A stretch of DNA of 64,000 nt from Candidatus Dormibacteria bacterium (GCA_050998755.1 JBPCPW010000095.1:8546-72545), one strand, 5' to 3'; positions 39,445-52,133 are shown, counted from the stretch's first letter. Notes: a model not told the origin generated them from the letters alone. Program-made: numbers and translations.

Positions 39445-41466
39445 GTGAAATCGGTGACCCCGGCGTACGCGAAGAAGCTGGAGCGTCTCGGCATCCTCAC
39501 CGTCGCCGACCTGCTCCGGTACTACCCGCGGCGACACGAGGACTACACCCAGCAGACCTACGTCGCCTGGCTCAAGGAGGGCGCCAAACAGACAGTGCGC
39601 GTGCGGCTGGAGAGGGTCAGCATGCGGCCGGGGTTCAACCGCAAGGCCGTGGTCGAGGCCTACATGTCGGACGTGACCGGGCGGATGAAGGGGATGTGGT
39701 TCAACCAGCCGTGGCTGACGAACCAGCTGACGGTGGGGGACGAGATCACCCTCTCCGGCAAGGTCACCCGGCAGCGTGGCGGCGGGGGGCTGGTCATGCT
39801 GAACCCCGCCTTTGAGGCGACCGAGGGGGCATCGGGCTTGCACACCGGCCGCCTGGTGCCGCTGTACCGCGAATCGCAGGGGATCACGTCGAAGTGGTTA
39901 CGCAAGGTCATCGCCGAGGCGTTGCCGGCGGCGGCCGGGCTGGGTGACGGGCTGCCCAGGGAGACCGCGGATCGGTACGACATGCCCCAGCTTTCAGAGG
40001 CCGTTCCCGACGTCCATTTCCCGGAGACCCAGGAGGACCTCGACCGCGCTCGCCGCCGTATCGCCTTCTACCAATTGGTGCTGATGCAGGTTGCGGTGCT
40101 GGTCAGCCGGGAGGAGCGTCTCAGCCACGTCGCCCCCCAGATCCCCTATGACGTGGAGCGCGCACGCGCGATCCGGGATGCGTTTCCCTTCGCCCTGACC
40201 AACGCGCAGCGCAAGGCGGCGCACGCCATCTTCGGCGACATGGCCGACCCGCGCCCGATGGCGCGGTTGCTGCAGGGCGATGTCGGTAGCGGCAAGACCG
40301 CCGTGGCCGCGATGGCCATCGCCATGGCGTCTGCCGGGGGGTTCCAGGCAATGTTCATGGCGCCCACCGAACTCCTGGCGCAACAGCATGCGCGAACCCT
40401 GCGCCCGCTCCTCGATCGCGTCGGGATCAATATGGAACTGCTGGTTGGCTCGACGCCGGCCTCGGCGCGGAGGACAGTGCTCGCGGGACTTGACAGCGGT
40501 TTTCTCGACGTGGTCGTGGGCACCCACGCCCTCATCGAAGACCCGGTCCAGCCGCGCTCCCTGGGACTGGTGATCACCGACGAACAGCACCGCTTCGGCG
40601 TTGGTCAGCGGGAGTCGCTGGCACGCAAGGGCCGGGCGCTGCACCCCCACGTCCTGTCGATGACCGCCACCCCCATCCCCAGGACGCTCCAGTTGACGCT
40701 CTACGGGGATCTGACGATCTCAGTCCTCGACGAGCTGCCGCCCGGTCGCCTTCCGGTCGAGACGCGCCTGATCCCCCCCGAAGAGCGCGAGGCGGCGTAC
40801 GAGTTCGTCCGCCAGCAGGTGCAGCGCGGTCGGCAGGCCTTTGTCATCTGCCCACTGGTCGAGGATTCGGACCTCATCCAGTTGCGCTCGGCCACCAGTG
40901 AGTACCAGCGATTGCAATCCGACGTCTTCCCCGACCTTCGGCTGGCGTTGCTGCACGGTCGAATGAAGCCCAAGGACAAGGACGCCACGATGGAGGCCTT
41001 CAAGGCTGCGGACTACGACGTCCTGGTCAGCACCTCGGTGGTCGAGGTGGGGGTCGACGTTCCCAACGCGACGGTCATGATGATCGAGGGCGCCGAGCGT
41101 TTCGGGCTGGCCCAACTGCACCAGTTCCGCGGGCGGGTCGGTCGCGGCCATGACCGCGCGTACTGCCTGCTGTGCTCTGATGCCGACAAGCCCGAGGACA
41201 ACAAGCGGCTCGACGCCCTGGTGCGCCTCGCCAGCGGCTTCGACCTGGCCGAGGTCGACCTCCAGCTGCGCGGCCCCGGGGACGTCCTTGGGGCCACCGG
41301 CCAACAGAGTGGACACGACGGGCTGATGGTCGCCGGCCTCCTCGATGCCCGCCTCATATCGCTGGCCAGGGAGGAGGCGGAGCGGCTGATCGCCGCCGGC
41401 CTTGGGCGGTACCCCGAGCTGGCCGCGGCGGCGCGGGGATTCCATCTTCCTGGGAGCCTCTCCTGA
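39445..41466 (+). CDS. recG: ATP-dependent DNA helicase RecG
   Basis: Wedge/OB N-terminal domain. SF2 helicase motifs (GDVGSGKT, DEQHRFG, MTATPIPRT). About 670 aa. Confidence 0.9.
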   Translation: MKSVTPAYAKKLERLGILTVADLLRYYPRRHEDYTQQTYVAWLKEGAKQTVRVRLERVSMRPGFNRKAVVEAYMSDVTGRMKGMWFNQPWLTNQLTVGDEITLSGKVTRQRGGGGLVMLNPAFEATEGASGLHTGRLVPLYRESQGITSKWLRKVIAEALPAAAGLGDGLPRETADRYDMPQLSEAVPDVHFPETQEDLDRARRRIAFYQLVLMQVAVLVSREERLSHVAPQIPYDVERARAIRDAFPFALTNAQRKAAHAIFGDMADPRPMARLLQGDVGSGKTAVAAMAIAMASAGGFQAMFMAPTELLAQQHARTLRPLLDRVGINMELLVGSTPASARRTVLAGLDSGFLDVVVGTHALIEDPVQPRSLGLVITDEQHRFGVGQRESLARKGRALHPHVLSMTATPIPRTLQLTLYGDLTISVLDELPPGRLPVETRLIPPEEREAAYEFVRQQVQRGRQAFVICPLVEDSDLIQLRSATSEYQRLQSDVFPDLRLALLHGRMKPKDKDATMEAFKAADYDVLVSTSVVEVGVDVPNATVMMIEGAERFGLAQLHQFRGRVGRGHDRAYCLLCSDADKPEDNKRLDALVRLASGFDLAEVDLQLRGPGDVLGATGQQSGHDGLMVAGLLDARLISLAREEAERLIAAGLGRYPELAAAARGFHLPGSLS

Positions 41467-42031
41467 GGTGCCGTTAAGCGTTATCGGCGGCTTGTGGGGT
41501 GGGCGCAAGTTGAAATCTCCACCGCGTTCTGTTCGACCCACCTCCGCGATGCTGCGCCGGTCGTTGTTTGACATCCTGGGGCCGGGCATTGTGGGCAAGG
41601 TGGTGCTGGACCTGTATGCCGGCGCCGGCAGCCTCGGGATCGAGGCCCTTTCGAGGGGCGCGGCCCGGTGCGATTTCGTGGAGCGCGACCGGCGTACCGC
41701 CAACGTGGTCAAGGAGAACCTCGCGGCGCTGGCCGGCGCGGCTGACTCGGCCCGAGGTCGAGTACACTCCGGGGCTGTGGAGCGGTGGATCGAGCGCAAC
41801 GGGCGCGCTCTCCGGGAATACGACCTGGTCCTTCTGGACCCACCGTATGGTGACCCCGGGTTGATGGCGGTGCTGGCCTCGATCGGGCGCGCGGGGGCGC
41901 TCAAACCCCAGGCCATGGTGGTCGTCGAGCGCCGCTCGGACGAGCATCCCGAACCGGTCGAGGGCCTGCTCGAAGTCCGCCGGGTGACGCACGGCGACTC
42001 CAGCCTGGTGATGATGCGGAGCGCAGGTTGA
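41467..42031 (+). CDS. rsmD: 16S rRNA (guanine966-N2)-methyltransferase RsmD
   Basis: VLDLYAGAGSLGIEALSRGA SAM motif and DPPY motif. GTG at 41467, immediately after the recG stop. Confidence 0.8.
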
Positions 42032-42516
42032 GAACCGCGATCTACCCCGGCAGTTTCGACCCCTTCACGCTTGGCCACCTGGACATCCTCGAACGGGCCT
42101 GCGGGATCTTCGACCGGGTCATCGTGGCGGTGCTCCGCAACCCCAACAAGACCCCCATGTTCAGCGTCGAGGAACGCATGGAGATGATCCGCGAGAGCGT
42201 ATCGACCAATGACCGGGTCGAGGTGGCCGCCTTCGCAGGGCTGACGGTGGAGTTTGCCCAGCAGGTCGAGGCCGCGGCGATCGTGCGGGGACTGCGCGCG
42301 ACCAGCGACTTCGAGAGCGAGTTCCAGATGGCGCTCTTCAACCGAAAATTGGCGCCCGGTATCACCACGGTGTTCCTCATGACCAGCTTCGCCAACGTCT
42401 TCCTCAGTTCATCCCTGATCAAGGAGGTCAACAGCCACGGGGGCGACGTCGAATTCGCCGTCCCGCCGTCGGTGGCGACGCGGCTTGCCCGGCTGCGCGA
42501 GAATAGGCAGTCGTGA
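42028..42516 (+). CDS. coaD: phosphopantetheine adenylyltransferase
   Basis: IYPGSFDPFTLGHLDI nucleotidyltransferase motif. 162 aa. Confidence 0.9.
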   Translation: MRTAIYPGSFDPFTLGHLDILERACGIFDRVIVAVLRNPNKTPMFSVEERMEMIRESVSTNDRVEVAAFAGLTVEFAQQVEAAAIVRGLRATSDFESEFQMALFNRKLAPGITTVFLMTSFANVFLSSSLIKEVNSHGGDVEFAVPPSVATRLARLRENRQS

Positions 42517-42525
42517 GGAGTAAGG

Positions 42526-43041
42526 GTGAGTGAGATTGAGCCGGTCGCGCCTGAGCGCGACCATCGCAGCATCGTCGAGCTGATCGACCACCTGGAATAT
42601 CTGGTGCATCGCGCTCAGCGCGTGCCCTTCACCCATAACGTGATGATCGACGAGGACGAGATCCTCGACCTGCTGGACCAGATCCACGTCAACCTGCCGG
42701 AGGAGATCAAACAGGCGCGCACACTCCTTGCGGAACAGGAGCGCCTGCTCAGTGAGGCGCAGCAGGAGGCCGCGCGGATCAGCCAGGGGGCGGTGCAGAA
42801 GGCTGACGAGATGATGAAGGAGCACGAGGTCGCGCGCCGTGCCGAGTCGCACGGTAAGGCCCTGGTGCGCGAGGCCCAGACACGTGCCGAGGACCAGCGG
42901 CGCCAGGCCGACGAGTACGCCGCCGACGTGATGCAGCAACTCGAGTCGCACCTGGTGCGCACCGTGGCAACCGTCCGCAAGGCCCAGGAGACGCTGAGGA
43001 AGCCCGGCGCCAGTGCGGCCGTCGAGCCGCGATCGAAGTAG
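42526..43041 (+). CDS. hypothetical coiled-coil protein
   Basis: 171 aa, charged, heptad-like, no Cys (so not YceD/DUF177). Sits where a YceD-like gene usually precedes rpmF. Confidence 0.5.
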   Translation: MSEIEPVAPERDHRSIVELIDHLEYLVHRAQRVPFTHNVMIDEDEILDLLDQIHVNLPEEIKQARTLLAEQERLLSEAQQEAARISQGAVQKADEMMKEHEVARRAESHGKALVREAQTRAEDQRRQADEYAADVMQQLESHLVRTVATVRKAQETLRKPGASAAVEPRSK

Positions 43042-43073
43042 GGCGTCGCGCCCCTTGTTAGAATTCCCGCCTT

Positions 43074-43250
43074 ATGGCAGTTCCCAAAGAGAAAACCAGC
43101 AAATCGAACAAGCGCAGCCGCCGCGCTCACCTGGCGCTGGCGAGGCCTGCGCTGGCGACCTGCAGCCAGTGCAAGCGTATGAAGCGTCCGCACACCATCT
43201 GCCCCAACTGCGGCTACTACAACGGCCGCGAGGTTCTCGAGACTGAGTAG
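43074..43250 (+). CDS. rpmF: 50S ribosomal protein L32
   Basis: MAVPKEKTSKSNKRSRRAHLAL...CSQCKRMKRPHTICPNCGYYNGREV. 58 aa with the L32 Cys motif. Too short for the ORF track. Confidence 0.8.
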   Translation: MAVPKEKTSKSNKRSRRAHLALARPALATCSQCKRMKRPHTICPNCGYYNGREVLETE

Positions 43251-43262
43251 CCGGCGGCAGGC

Positions 43263-44180
43263 GTGAGCCTGGCGCTGATCTTCCCCGGCCAGGGGGCCCA
43301 GGAACCGGGCATGGGGCGGGGACTTCTCGACGCTGGATCGCCGGCGCATGCGCTGGCCAGCGAGGCCTCCGATCTGGTCGGCCGCGACCTCGCGCAGCTG
43401 GCCTGTGAGGGCAGCGCCGAGGAGGTCCGGGCAACCGACGTGGCGCAGCCGCTCCTGCTCCTGCATTCGCTGGCCCTGCTGCAACTCGTGCCCGCTGATG
43501 TCCGGGCCTCGGCGGCCGGTTTCGCCGGCCACTCGCTCGGGGAGTACAGCGCGCTGGTGGCGGCCGGATCCCTGGATTGGCAGGACGCCATGCGATTGGT
43601 CCGCGAGCGCGCCCTGGCGATGGCCGAGGCATCCTCGCCCGATCAGGGGATGAGCGCGGTGCTGGCGCTGGATGAGCCTCAGGTGCAACTGGTCCTGGAC
43701 CAGGGCGATGGAGGAGTCGCGGTTATCGCCAACCTCAACGCGCCTGGCCAGGTGGTGATCTCTGGGGAGCGGACGGCGCTGGAGGCCCTCACCGAGCCAC
43801 TCAAGCAGGCCGGCGCGCGCCGCGTGATGCCCCTAGCCGTGGGCGGCGCCTTTCACTCGCCGCTGATGAGCGCGGCGGCCGACCGGCTGGGAGCAGCGAT
43901 CGACGCTGCGCCTCTTCGCGACGGCGGGCCCCAAGCGTTCAACATCGACGGTGCGGTGCGCACCCTACCGCTGGAGATCGCCGCCGCCCTGCGTGACCAG
44001 CTCACTTCACCGGTGCGCTGGGTGGACTGCGTCCGCACCCTGGCAGGGCTGGGTGCCGATCGCTTTGTCGAGCTTGGGCCAGGACAGACCCTGGCCGGCC
44101 TGGGGCGGCGAATCAGGCCCGAGGCCGCCTGGGTTTCAGCCACGACCCCCGCCGCCGTTGCGGCGGCGTTGGCGGCCTGA
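43263..44180 (+). CDS. fabD: malonyl-CoA:ACP transacylase
   Basis: LIFPGQGAQ and the active-site [10 protein letters not shown] motif. Confidence 0.9.
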   Translation: MSLALIFPGQGAQEPGMGRGLLDAGSPAHALASEASDLVGRDLAQLACEGSAEEVRATDVAQPLLLLHSLALLQLVPADVRASAAGFAGHSLGEYSALVAAGSLDWQDAMRLVRERALAMAEASSPDQGMSAVLALDEPQVQLVLDQGDGGVAVIANLNAPGQVVISGERTALEALTEPLKQAGARRVMPLAVGGAFHSPLMSAAADRLGAAIDAAPLRDGGPQAFNIDGAVRTLPLEIAAALRDQLTSPVRWVDCVRTLAGLGADRFVELGPGQTLAGLGRRIRPEAAWVSATTPAAVAAALAA

Positions 44181-44929
44181 TGGACCTCAGCCTCGACGGT
44201 CGGGTCGCGTTGGTGACCGGCGCGAGCCGGGGGATCGGAAGGGCCATCGCCCTCGAACTCGCGGGCATGGGCGCCGCCGTCGCTGTGAATTACGCCAGCG
44301 GCGCGGACGCCGCGCAGGCGGTGGTGCGGGAGATCGAGGCGGCCGGGGGCCGGGCGCTGGCATTGCAGGCCGACGTCTCCGCACCGGCCTCCGCGGCGGG
44401 GCTGGTGGAGACCACGGTTCGCGAGCTGGGCGGCCTGGCGGTGCTGGTCAACAACGCCGGGGTGACCCGCGACAACCTGGTCATGCGGATGAAGGACGAG
44501 GAGTGGCGCACGGTCCTGGAAACCGATCTCTCGGGTGCCTTCTACACCTGCCGGGCAGCGCTTCGGCCGATGCTCAAGTCCCGCTGGGGCCGGATCGTGA
44601 ACGTCGCCTCGATCGCGGGGACGGCGGGTAACGCGGGCCAGGCCAACTACAGCGCCGCCAAGGCCGGTCTGATCGGGCTCACCAAGTCGATCAGCCGGGA
44701 GGTCGGGTCGCGGATGATCACCGTCAACGCCGTGGCGCCGGGGATGATCGATACCGACATGACCGCCTCACTCCCCGAGGAGATCACCCGGCGCGCCGCG
44801 GAGATGGCCTCCCTGGGCCGCATGGGCACCGCCGCCGAGGTCAGTGCCGCCGTCGCCTTCCTGGCCAGCCCCGCCGCCTCCTACATCACCGGGCAGGTGG
44901 TGGTGGTGGATGGCGGCCTGACCGCCTGA
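44180..44929 (+). CDS. fabG: 3-oxoacyl-ACP reductase
   Basis: SDR fold. [17 protein letters not shown] catalytic motif. Confidence 0.9.
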   Translation: MDLSLDGRVALVTGASRGIGRAIALELAGMGAAVAVNYASGADAAQAVVREIEAAGGRALALQADVSAPASAAGLVETTVRELGGLAVLVNNAGVTRDNLVMRMKDEEWRTVLETDLSGAFYTCRAALRPMLKSRWGRIVNVASIAGTAGNAGQANYSAAKAGLIGLTKSISREVGSRMITVNAVAPGMIDTDMTASLPEEITRRAAEMASLGRMGTAAEVSAAVAFLASPAASYITGQVVVVDGGLTA

Positions 44930-44994
44930 GCACCACCGACTTTAGGCGGCGGGTTGCAGACGGCGACCGGTTTTCCCGTACAATGCGGAATCGT

Positions 44995-45246
44995 ATGGCC
45001 GACGCACCCACGTTCGACAAGTTCAAGGGCATCATCGCCGACCAGCTCGGCGTGGAGTCCGAGCAGGTAGTTCCCGAGGCATCCTTCGTCGACGATCTCA
45101 ATGCCGATTCCCTCGACCTCGTCGAGCTGATCATGGCCTTTGAGGAGGAGTACGGGATGGAGATCTCCGATGAGGACGCCGAGAAGATCGGCACCGTCGG
45201 TCAGTCTTGGGATTATGTCCAGGAGAAGCTCGGCATCACCACCTGA
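44995..45246 (+). CDS. acpP: acyl carrier protein
   Basis: [21 protein letters not shown] phosphopantetheine-attachment motif. ATG at 44995 (ORF track starts at 44983). Confidence 0.9.
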   Translation: MADAPTFDKFKGIIADQLGVESEQVVPEASFVDDLNADSLDLVELIMAFEEEYGMEISDEDAEKIGTVGQSWDYVQEKLGITT

Positions 45247-45946
45247 GCGCGGCGCCCTCGGCGCGGCGGATGACCTGGAGACGCTTCAAGACCTGCTGGG
45301 CGTGCGCTTCCGCCGTCCCGAGTTGCTGCAACGTGCCCTGACCCATTCGTCCTGGGCCCACGAGCACCCTCAGACCGAGGCCGACGACAACGAGCGTCTC
45401 GAGTTCCTGGGCGACGCGGTCATCGAGCTGGTCGCGGGGGAGGCGCTCTTCCGTGCCGACGCCGCTGCGGGGGAGGGCGCCCTCACCCTTCGCCGAGCCG
45501 CCATGGTCAGCACCGGTGCGCTGGCGGCAGCGGCCCGCAAGATCGACCTGGGTCCTTTCCTGCGCGTCGGCCGCGGCGTGGACAGGGCTGGGGGTCGAGA
45601 CCTGGACAGCCTGCTGGCCAATGCATTGGAGGCGGTCCTCGGGGCGATCTACCTGGACCGCGGTCTGCGCGTCGCCGCCGCCACCTTCCACCGCCTGGCT
45701 TCGCCCACGGGCGAGGACGAGAACCACAAGGGGCGCCTCCAGGAGCTCACCCAGGCCGAGGGTGCAGGCGCACCCCGCTACGTCGTCGCCGACACCTCGG
45801 GCCCGAGCCACCGGCGCAGCTACCGGGTGGAGGCCTGGCTCGGAGAGGAGGTACTGGGGGAGGGCCTCGGCTCCACTCGGCGCGCTGCCGAGCAGGCCGC
45901 GGCGGCCCAGGCGCTGGCCACAAGATATGGTGGCGAAGAGGCCTGA
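45215..45946 (+). CDS. rnc: ribonuclease III
   Basis: Signature [14 protein letters not shown] and a C-terminal dsRBD. ATG at 45215 overlaps the acpP 3' end by 32 nt. The ORF track start 45140 overlaps by more. Confidence 0.85.
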   Translation: MSRRSSASPPERGALGAADDLETLQDLLGVRFRRPELLQRALTHSSWAHEHPQTEADDNERLEFLGDAVIELVAGEALFRADAAAGEGALTLRRAAMVSTGALAAAARKIDLGPFLRVGRGVDRAGGRDLDSLLANALEAVLGAIYLDRGLRVAAATFHRLASPTGEDENHKGRLQELTQAEGAGAPRYVVADTSGPSHRRSYRVEAWLGEEVLGEGLGSTRRAAEQAAAAQALATRYGGEEA

Positions 45947-46025
45947 TCGGCGCGACATGTTGCAGCTGCGGGTGATCGATGGGATAATTGCCGTCCGTGG
46001 GCTGGGGAACGTGAGGCGGGTCTGA

Positions 46026-49000
46026 GTGCACCTGCGATCGATTGAGATCCAGGGGTTCAAGACCTTCGCGAAGAAGACCGAACTGCTGCTCGAGCCGGGT
46101 ATCACCGCGGTGGTGGGTCCCAACGGCTCGGGCAAGAGCAACCTCGTGGATGCCATCCGCTGGGTCCTGGGCGAGCGCAGCGCCCGCGAGCTGCGTGGGA
46201 CCAGGATGGAGGAGATCGTCTACTCGGGTGGGGCCCGCCGCGCGGCCTCGGGCATGGCTGAGGTCCGGCTGGTGATCGACAACGTCGACGGCCGGCTACC
46301 CGTGCCCTACCAGGAGGTTGAGGTTCTACGACGCGGGTACCGCAGTGGGGAGAGCGAGTTCTTCCTCAACGGCTCCCGCTGCCGGCTGCGGGACATCGAG
46401 GAGCTTTTCGCCAGCACGGGCTTGACCCAGCAGGGGTACTCGGTGGTCGCCCAGGACGACGTCGACCACATCATCCAGACGTCCGCCGGTGAGCGTCGCG
46501 CCCTGATTGAGGAGGCCGCCGGGGTGCGTGGACTGCGAGGCAAGCGCGACGATGCGCTGGGCCGGATCCGGGAGTCCGACGCGACCGTGCTCCGTCTCAA
46601 CGACCTGGCCGGCGAACTCGGACCTCGGGTTGAAGAGCTCGGCAGGCAGGCTGAGGCAGCCCGCTCTGAGCTTGAGCTGACCCAGAGGCTCGAGGTGCTG
46701 CGCGGCAGCCTCCTGCGTGGCGAGTGGCTGGCGGCGCGGCAGCGGCTCAAGAAGGCCTCCACACGGGTTGCCACGCTCGAGGACACGGTGGCCTCGGCGC
46801 GTCAGCAGGCCGATGCAGCCGCGGTCGCACACGGTGCGCAGCGCGAGCGGCTGGCCCGGGCCCATGACGCCCGCCTGGCGCGGGAGCGTGAGTTGGGAGC
46901 GCTGCGCCTGGCGGCGACGGAGGCGTCGTCGCGGCTGGAGCTACTGGCAGAGCGCCTGGACGCCGCCGATCGTAGCGCCGCGGAGGCCGCTCAAGCCCTG
47001 GCTGCGGCCGGCTCACGCCTCGAATCCCTGCGCGTCGAGTTCGCGTCGGCCAGCGATGACGCGTCGACGGCCGAGGCCCCATCGGCGGCCGCTGAGGTCG
47101 ACCCGGCGCTGGCCGCGGCGCAGCAGGCCCAACTCGCGGCCCGTGCTGAGCGCGAGGCCACGGAGCGCCGGGTTGCCGAGCGGCGCCAGGCGGTGGTCGA
47201 GGCCGAGCGAAAGCTGGCGGAGACCCAGCAGCATCGGGAGGCGCTGACGTCCGCGGGTGAGGACCTGGCGGCCGAGCTGGCCCGCGCCGAGACCGAACTT
47301 CTGGCCGAGGAGGCCACCCGTACAGAGGTAAGCGCCGCCGAGGGTGTCGCGCGCGAAGCGGCCACCGAGCTGGAGGGTGCGTTGGCCAGGCAGGCCACCG
47401 CCCTGGCCCTGATCGACCATCGCCGCTCGGGTGAACGCGAAGCCCGAACTCTGGTCGACCGTCTGCAGGAGCGGCTCAGGGCGCTGCGGTCCCTGGCCGC
47501 CGACGGCGACCTGCCGGCACCATCGGCAGCGCGCCTGGTGGACCTGTTGCAGAAGCCGGGGGTACGGTCGGCCGCGCTGGCAGCCGGCATCCCGGAGCCA
47601 ACCCTCGACGCGTGGCTTGAGGAGGGCCGGCTCGAGGGCCGCGCCATTTCCCGTGCCCTGGAGCAGTCGGTTGCCGAGCAGCAGCTGGCGGAGCAGCAGC
47701 AGCGCGCCGCGGGCGACGCCCTGACCGCGGCACAAGCCGACGCGAGGGATGCGGAGGCGACCGTTGAGGCAGCGCGCCAGGAGCAGCTCTCGGCGCTGGC
47801 CGCGGTGTCCGCTGCCGCCGCGCGCGACAGCGCCCGCGCCCAACGCCTGGAGGTTGCCCGTCACCGCGCGGAGCGGCTGCGCGTGGCGACGGGTCAACGC
47901 GAAGCCGACCTCACCCGCCTGCGCGCCCAGCTCGTGGATGCCGTCTCGTCGCTGGCGGTCGCCACCGCGGCCGTGACCGCCGTCGAGCCGGAACTGGAAA
48001 GGGCGCTGGTGGCTGAGGCCACATGCCGCGAAGTGTCGGAGGAGCTGCAGAGACGGGCCGACCAGCGGGAAGCCCAACGGGCCGCACTGGCGGCCCGCGT
48101 CGAGGCGTTGCTCGCCCGCCGGCTCCGTGTGCAGGCCCAGGTCGATGCCCAGGGTGCCGAGGTCGAGCGAGTCCGGGTCCGGGTTGACCAGCTGGCCGGC
48201 ACGCGCGCCGCGCTTGAGGCGGATCGCGTTGAGGCCCTGGGACAAAAGGCGGCCGCGATAGCCAGCCTGGAGGCCGCCCCCGCCGACCCCGCGGCGATCG
48301 AGGTTGATCCGCTGACCCAACATCTCTTGGTGCTTGAGAAGGAGCACCTTGAGCGCCAGGTGGCGCTTGCCCACCACGAGGACGCCGTCGCCACCGCGCG
48401 ACAGTTGCTGGCCGATGAGGATCTCGTCCTGGCGGAACTCGCGACCCGCATGGGTGCCGCCGGGGGTGCCGACCTCGGCGACGAGGATCTCGACTGGGAG
48501 AAGACCCAGCGGGAGATCGCGCGTCTCGAACGGCAGATCCAACATCTCGGGCCGGTCAACCCGCTGGCCATCGAGGAATATGAACGCGATAGCGAGCGCC
48601 TGGGGACCATCGCCGGGCAGCTCGACGACCTGGTGCGCACCCGCGAGGGCCTGGTCAAGCTCTCAGATGAACTCAGTGGCGAGATTGACCGGCGGTTCGA
48701 GGCGGTGTTCGGAGCGGTGGCATACAACTTCCAGGAGACCTTCGCCACGCTTTTCGTCAACGGCAAGGCGACGCTCAAACTGGACGACCCCGACGCCGAT
48801 GAGCCGGGCGTCGAGATCCTGGCGCAACCGGCGGGCAAACGGATGCGAGGTATTCGTCTCCTGTCCGGTGGCGAGCGTGCCCTGACTGCGCTGGCCTTCA
48901 TCCTGGCCCTGGAGAAGGTGAACCCCAGCCCGTTCTACATCTTCGACGAGGTCGACGCCCCGCTGGACGACGCCAACGTCAAGCGCTTCAACGCCATGTT

Positions 49001-49175
49001 GGAGTCCATGGCGGGCGGCAACCAGTTCATCCTGATCACCCACAACCACCAGACGATGACCTCGGCCCAGGCGCTCTACGGCGTCACACTGGAGGACTCG
49101 GGCGTATCGAGGGTGGTCTCGGTCAGGCTTCGCGAGGGCGAGGTCGTCGCCCTGCCCGCCGCGCGCTCCCGCTGA
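46026..49175 (+). CDS. smc: chromosome partition protein SMC (apparently short or degenerate hinge)
   Basis: N-terminal Walker [11 protein letters not shown]-terminal ABC signature [17 protein letters not shown] plus Walker [12 protein letters not shown]. Long coiled coils. Conserved rnc-smc-ftsY synteny. Only 1049 aa. Confidence 0.9.
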   Translation: MHLRSIEIQGFKTFAKKTELLLEPGITAVVGPNGSGKSNLVDAIRWVLGERSARELRGTRMEEIVYSGGARRAASGMAEVRLVIDNVDGRLPVPYQEVEVLRRGYRSGESEFFLNGSRCRLRDIEELFASTGLTQQGYSVVAQDDVDHIIQTSAGERRALIEEAAGVRGLRGKRDDALGRIRESDATVLRLNDLAGELGPRVEELGRQAEAARSELELTQRLEVLRGSLLRGEWLAARQRLKKASTRVATLEDTVASARQQADAAAVAHGAQRERLARAHDARLARERELGALRLAATEASSRLELLAERLDAADRSAAEAAQALAAAGSRLESLRVEFASASDDASTAEAPSAAAEVDPALAAAQQAQLAARAEREATERRVAERRQAVVEAERKLAETQQHREALTSAGEDLAAELARAETELLAEEATRTEVSAAEGVAREAATELEGALARQATALALIDHRRSGEREARTLVDRLQERLRALRSLAADGDLPAPSAARLVDLLQKPGVRSAALAAGIPEPTLDAWLEEGRLEGRAISRALEQSVAEQQLAEQQQRAAGDALTAAQADARDAEATVEAARQEQLSALAAVSAAAARDSARAQRLEVARHRAERLRVATGQREADLTRLRAQLVDAVSSLAVATAAVTAVEPELERALVAEATCREVSEELQRRADQREAQRAALAARVEALLARRLRVQAQVDAQGAEVERVRVRVDQLAGTRAALEADRVEALGQKAAAIASLEAAPADPAAIEVDPLTQHLLVLEKEHLERQVALAHHEDAVATARQLLADEDLVLAELATRMGAAGGADLGDEDLDWEKTQREIARLERQIQHLGPVNPLAIEEYERDSERLGTIAGQLDDLVRTREGLVKLSDELSGEIDRRFEAVFGAVAYNFQETFATLFVNGKATLKLDDPDADEPGVEILAQPAGKRMRGIRLLSGGERALTALAFILALEKVNPSPFYIFDEVDAPLDDANVKRFNAMLESMAGGNQFILITHNHQTMTSAQALYGVTLEDSGVSRVVSVRLREGEVVALPAARSR

Positions 49176-49238
49176 ACCGGGCCGGCAAAGGGCGCCGCGC
49201 CCGACTTGCAGACAGGCGCGGCCGCTAGGCTAGGCGGC

Positions 49239-50165
49239 ATGGAAACCCGGCGCCGAGGACTCTTCGGGAGGCTGGCAGAACGCCTGTCCGGGTCCACCGC
49301 TCCCCTGCGCGGGCAGCTCACCGGGCTCGCGGCCTACGGCCCGATCGACGAGCAGTTCTGGGAGTCTGTCGAAGAGACGCTGATGACCGCAGACCTTGGC
49401 ACTGAGGTGGGCCTGCGGCTCTCGTCGGACCTTCGCGCCGAGGCCGAGCGGCTGGGGATGCGGGACAGCCGTGCGGCGGTGGACGGCTTGCACACCATGC
49501 TCATCCATAGGATGGAATGGCGCCCTCGGAGCGTACATACCGGGGGAAGCCCGGATGTGTTTCTGATCGTGGGGGTCAATGGGACGGGGAAGACCACGAG
49601 TGCCGCCAAGTTGGCGGCGCGGCTGCAGCGCGCTGGCGGCAGGGTGGTCCTGGGCGCCGCCGACACCTTCCGGGCCGGGGCCATCGAACAGATCCGGCTG
49701 TGGTCCCAGCGCATCGGGGCGGACCTCATCGCCAGCGAGCCAGGCGCCGACCCCGCATCCGTGGCGTTCTCCGCGGTGGAGGCGGGGAGGGCCCGCGGCG
49801 CCAGCGCCGTGATCATCGACACCGCGGGGCGCCTGCATACCCAGGCGAATCTGATGGAGGAGCTCAGGAAGGTGGAGCGGAGCACGGCGAAGGCAATGGA
49901 CGGCGCCCCCCACGAGACGCTTTTGGTGCTGGACGCGTCGATCGGGCAGAACTCGATCCAGCAGGCCAGGGTCTTCCACGACGCGCTCCACCTGACTGGG
50001 GTGGTCATGACCAAGCTCGACGGCAGTGGGAAGGGCGGCGTCATTCTGGGGCTTGAGGAGCAGCTGGGGGTGCCGGTCAAGCTGGTGGGCACCGGAGAGG
50101 CCGTCGAGGACCTCGAGCCGTTCGACCCGCGAGACTACGTGGAGTCGCTGTTCTCCGCGACATGA
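49239..50165 (+). CDS. ftsY: signal recognition particle receptor FtsY (NG domain only)
   Basis: GVNGTGKTTSAAKLA, DTFRAGA, DTAGR and TKLDGSGKGG SRP-GTPase motifs. ATG at 49239. Confidence 0.9.
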   Translation: METRRRGLFGRLAERLSGSTAPLRGQLTGLAAYGPIDEQFWESVEETLMTADLGTEVGLRLSSDLRAEAERLGMRDSRAAVDGLHTMLIHRMEWRPRSVHTGGSPDVFLIVGVNGTGKTTSAAKLAARLQRAGGRVVLGAADTFRAGAIEQIRLWSQRIGADLIASEPGADPASVAFSAVEAGRARGASAVIIDTAGRLHTQANLMEELRKVERSTAKAMDGAPHETLLVLDASIGQNSIQQARVFHDALHLTGVVMTKLDGSGKGGVILGLEEQLGVPVKLVGTGEAVEDLEPFDPRDYVESLFSAT

Positions 50166-50401
50166 GCGACGACTGGGCCGAGCTCAAGGTGACCGACTCG
50201 ATGGAGGCTGAGATCCTCAAGGCCGCCCTGGAGTCAATCGACATCCCGGTTGTGCTCGTGGGGGAGACTGTTGGGCGCCTCTACGGGATCACCGCCAGCG
50301 ACCTTGGCAGCGTGCACGTTCTGGTTCCACCGGACCGCGTCCAGGAGGCCCGCGAGTTGATCGAGACTTCACAGCCGGTGGATTTTCCGGAAGGAGACTG
50401 A
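50162..50401 (+). CDS. small conserved hypothetical protein (DUF2007-like?)
   Basis: 79 aa. Start overlaps the ftsY stop (ATGA). Plausible beta-alpha fold. No firm family assignment. Confidence 0.4.
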   Translation: MSDDWAELKVTDSMEAEILKAALESIDIPVVLVGETVGRLYGITASDLGSVHVLVPPDRVQEARELIETSQPVDFPEGD

Positions 50402-50427
50402 CCGGGCCGCCTGTAGACTGTCAAGGT

Positions 50428-50760
50428 ATGGCCCTTGACATCGGTGCGCGCCGCGACGCTCTGCAGTTGCTCGACGCCTATGGCGAGCTTCTCACGGACC
50501 ACCAGCGCGAGGCCCTGCGCCTGCACCTCGCCGAGGACTGGTCGTACGCCGAGATCGCGTCCACCCAGGGCGTCAGCCGCGCCGCCATCTATGACATGGT
50601 CCACCGCGGCCAGCTGGCCCTGCGTTCGTACGAGGACAAACTCGGGGTCCTGGCTGGCGAGAGCCGTCGCGAGACGGAGCGAGCAGGTTTGCAGGCACGG
50701 CTCGACCAGCTGGAGGGCGAGGTCCGTTTACTCCGTAATGCTGTCAAGGGATTGAGCTGA
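50428..50760 (+). CDS. ylxM: YlxM/UPF0122 helix-turn-helix protein upstream of ffh
   Basis: LLDAYGELLTDHQREALRLHLAEDWSYAEIA (sigma-70 region-4-like). Conserved ylxM-ffh arrangement. Confidence 0.75.
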   Translation: MALDIGARRDALQLLDAYGELLTDHQREALRLHLAEDWSYAEIASTQGVSRAAIYDMVHRGQLALRSYEDKLGVLAGESRRETERAGLQARLDQLEGEVRLLRNAVKGLS

Positions 50761-50761
50761 C

Positions 50762-52096
<1,335 letters not shown>

Positions 52097-52133
52097 CCAA
52101 GCGCTCCGTCAAAAGACAACCAGGAGGTTTCAT

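Noticed and set aside
45140-45214. Upstream ATG start for rnc overlapping acpP by about 100 nt
   Set aside because: The ATG at 45215 gives a normal RNase III N-terminus with only a 32-nt overlap. The longer form was considered unlikely.
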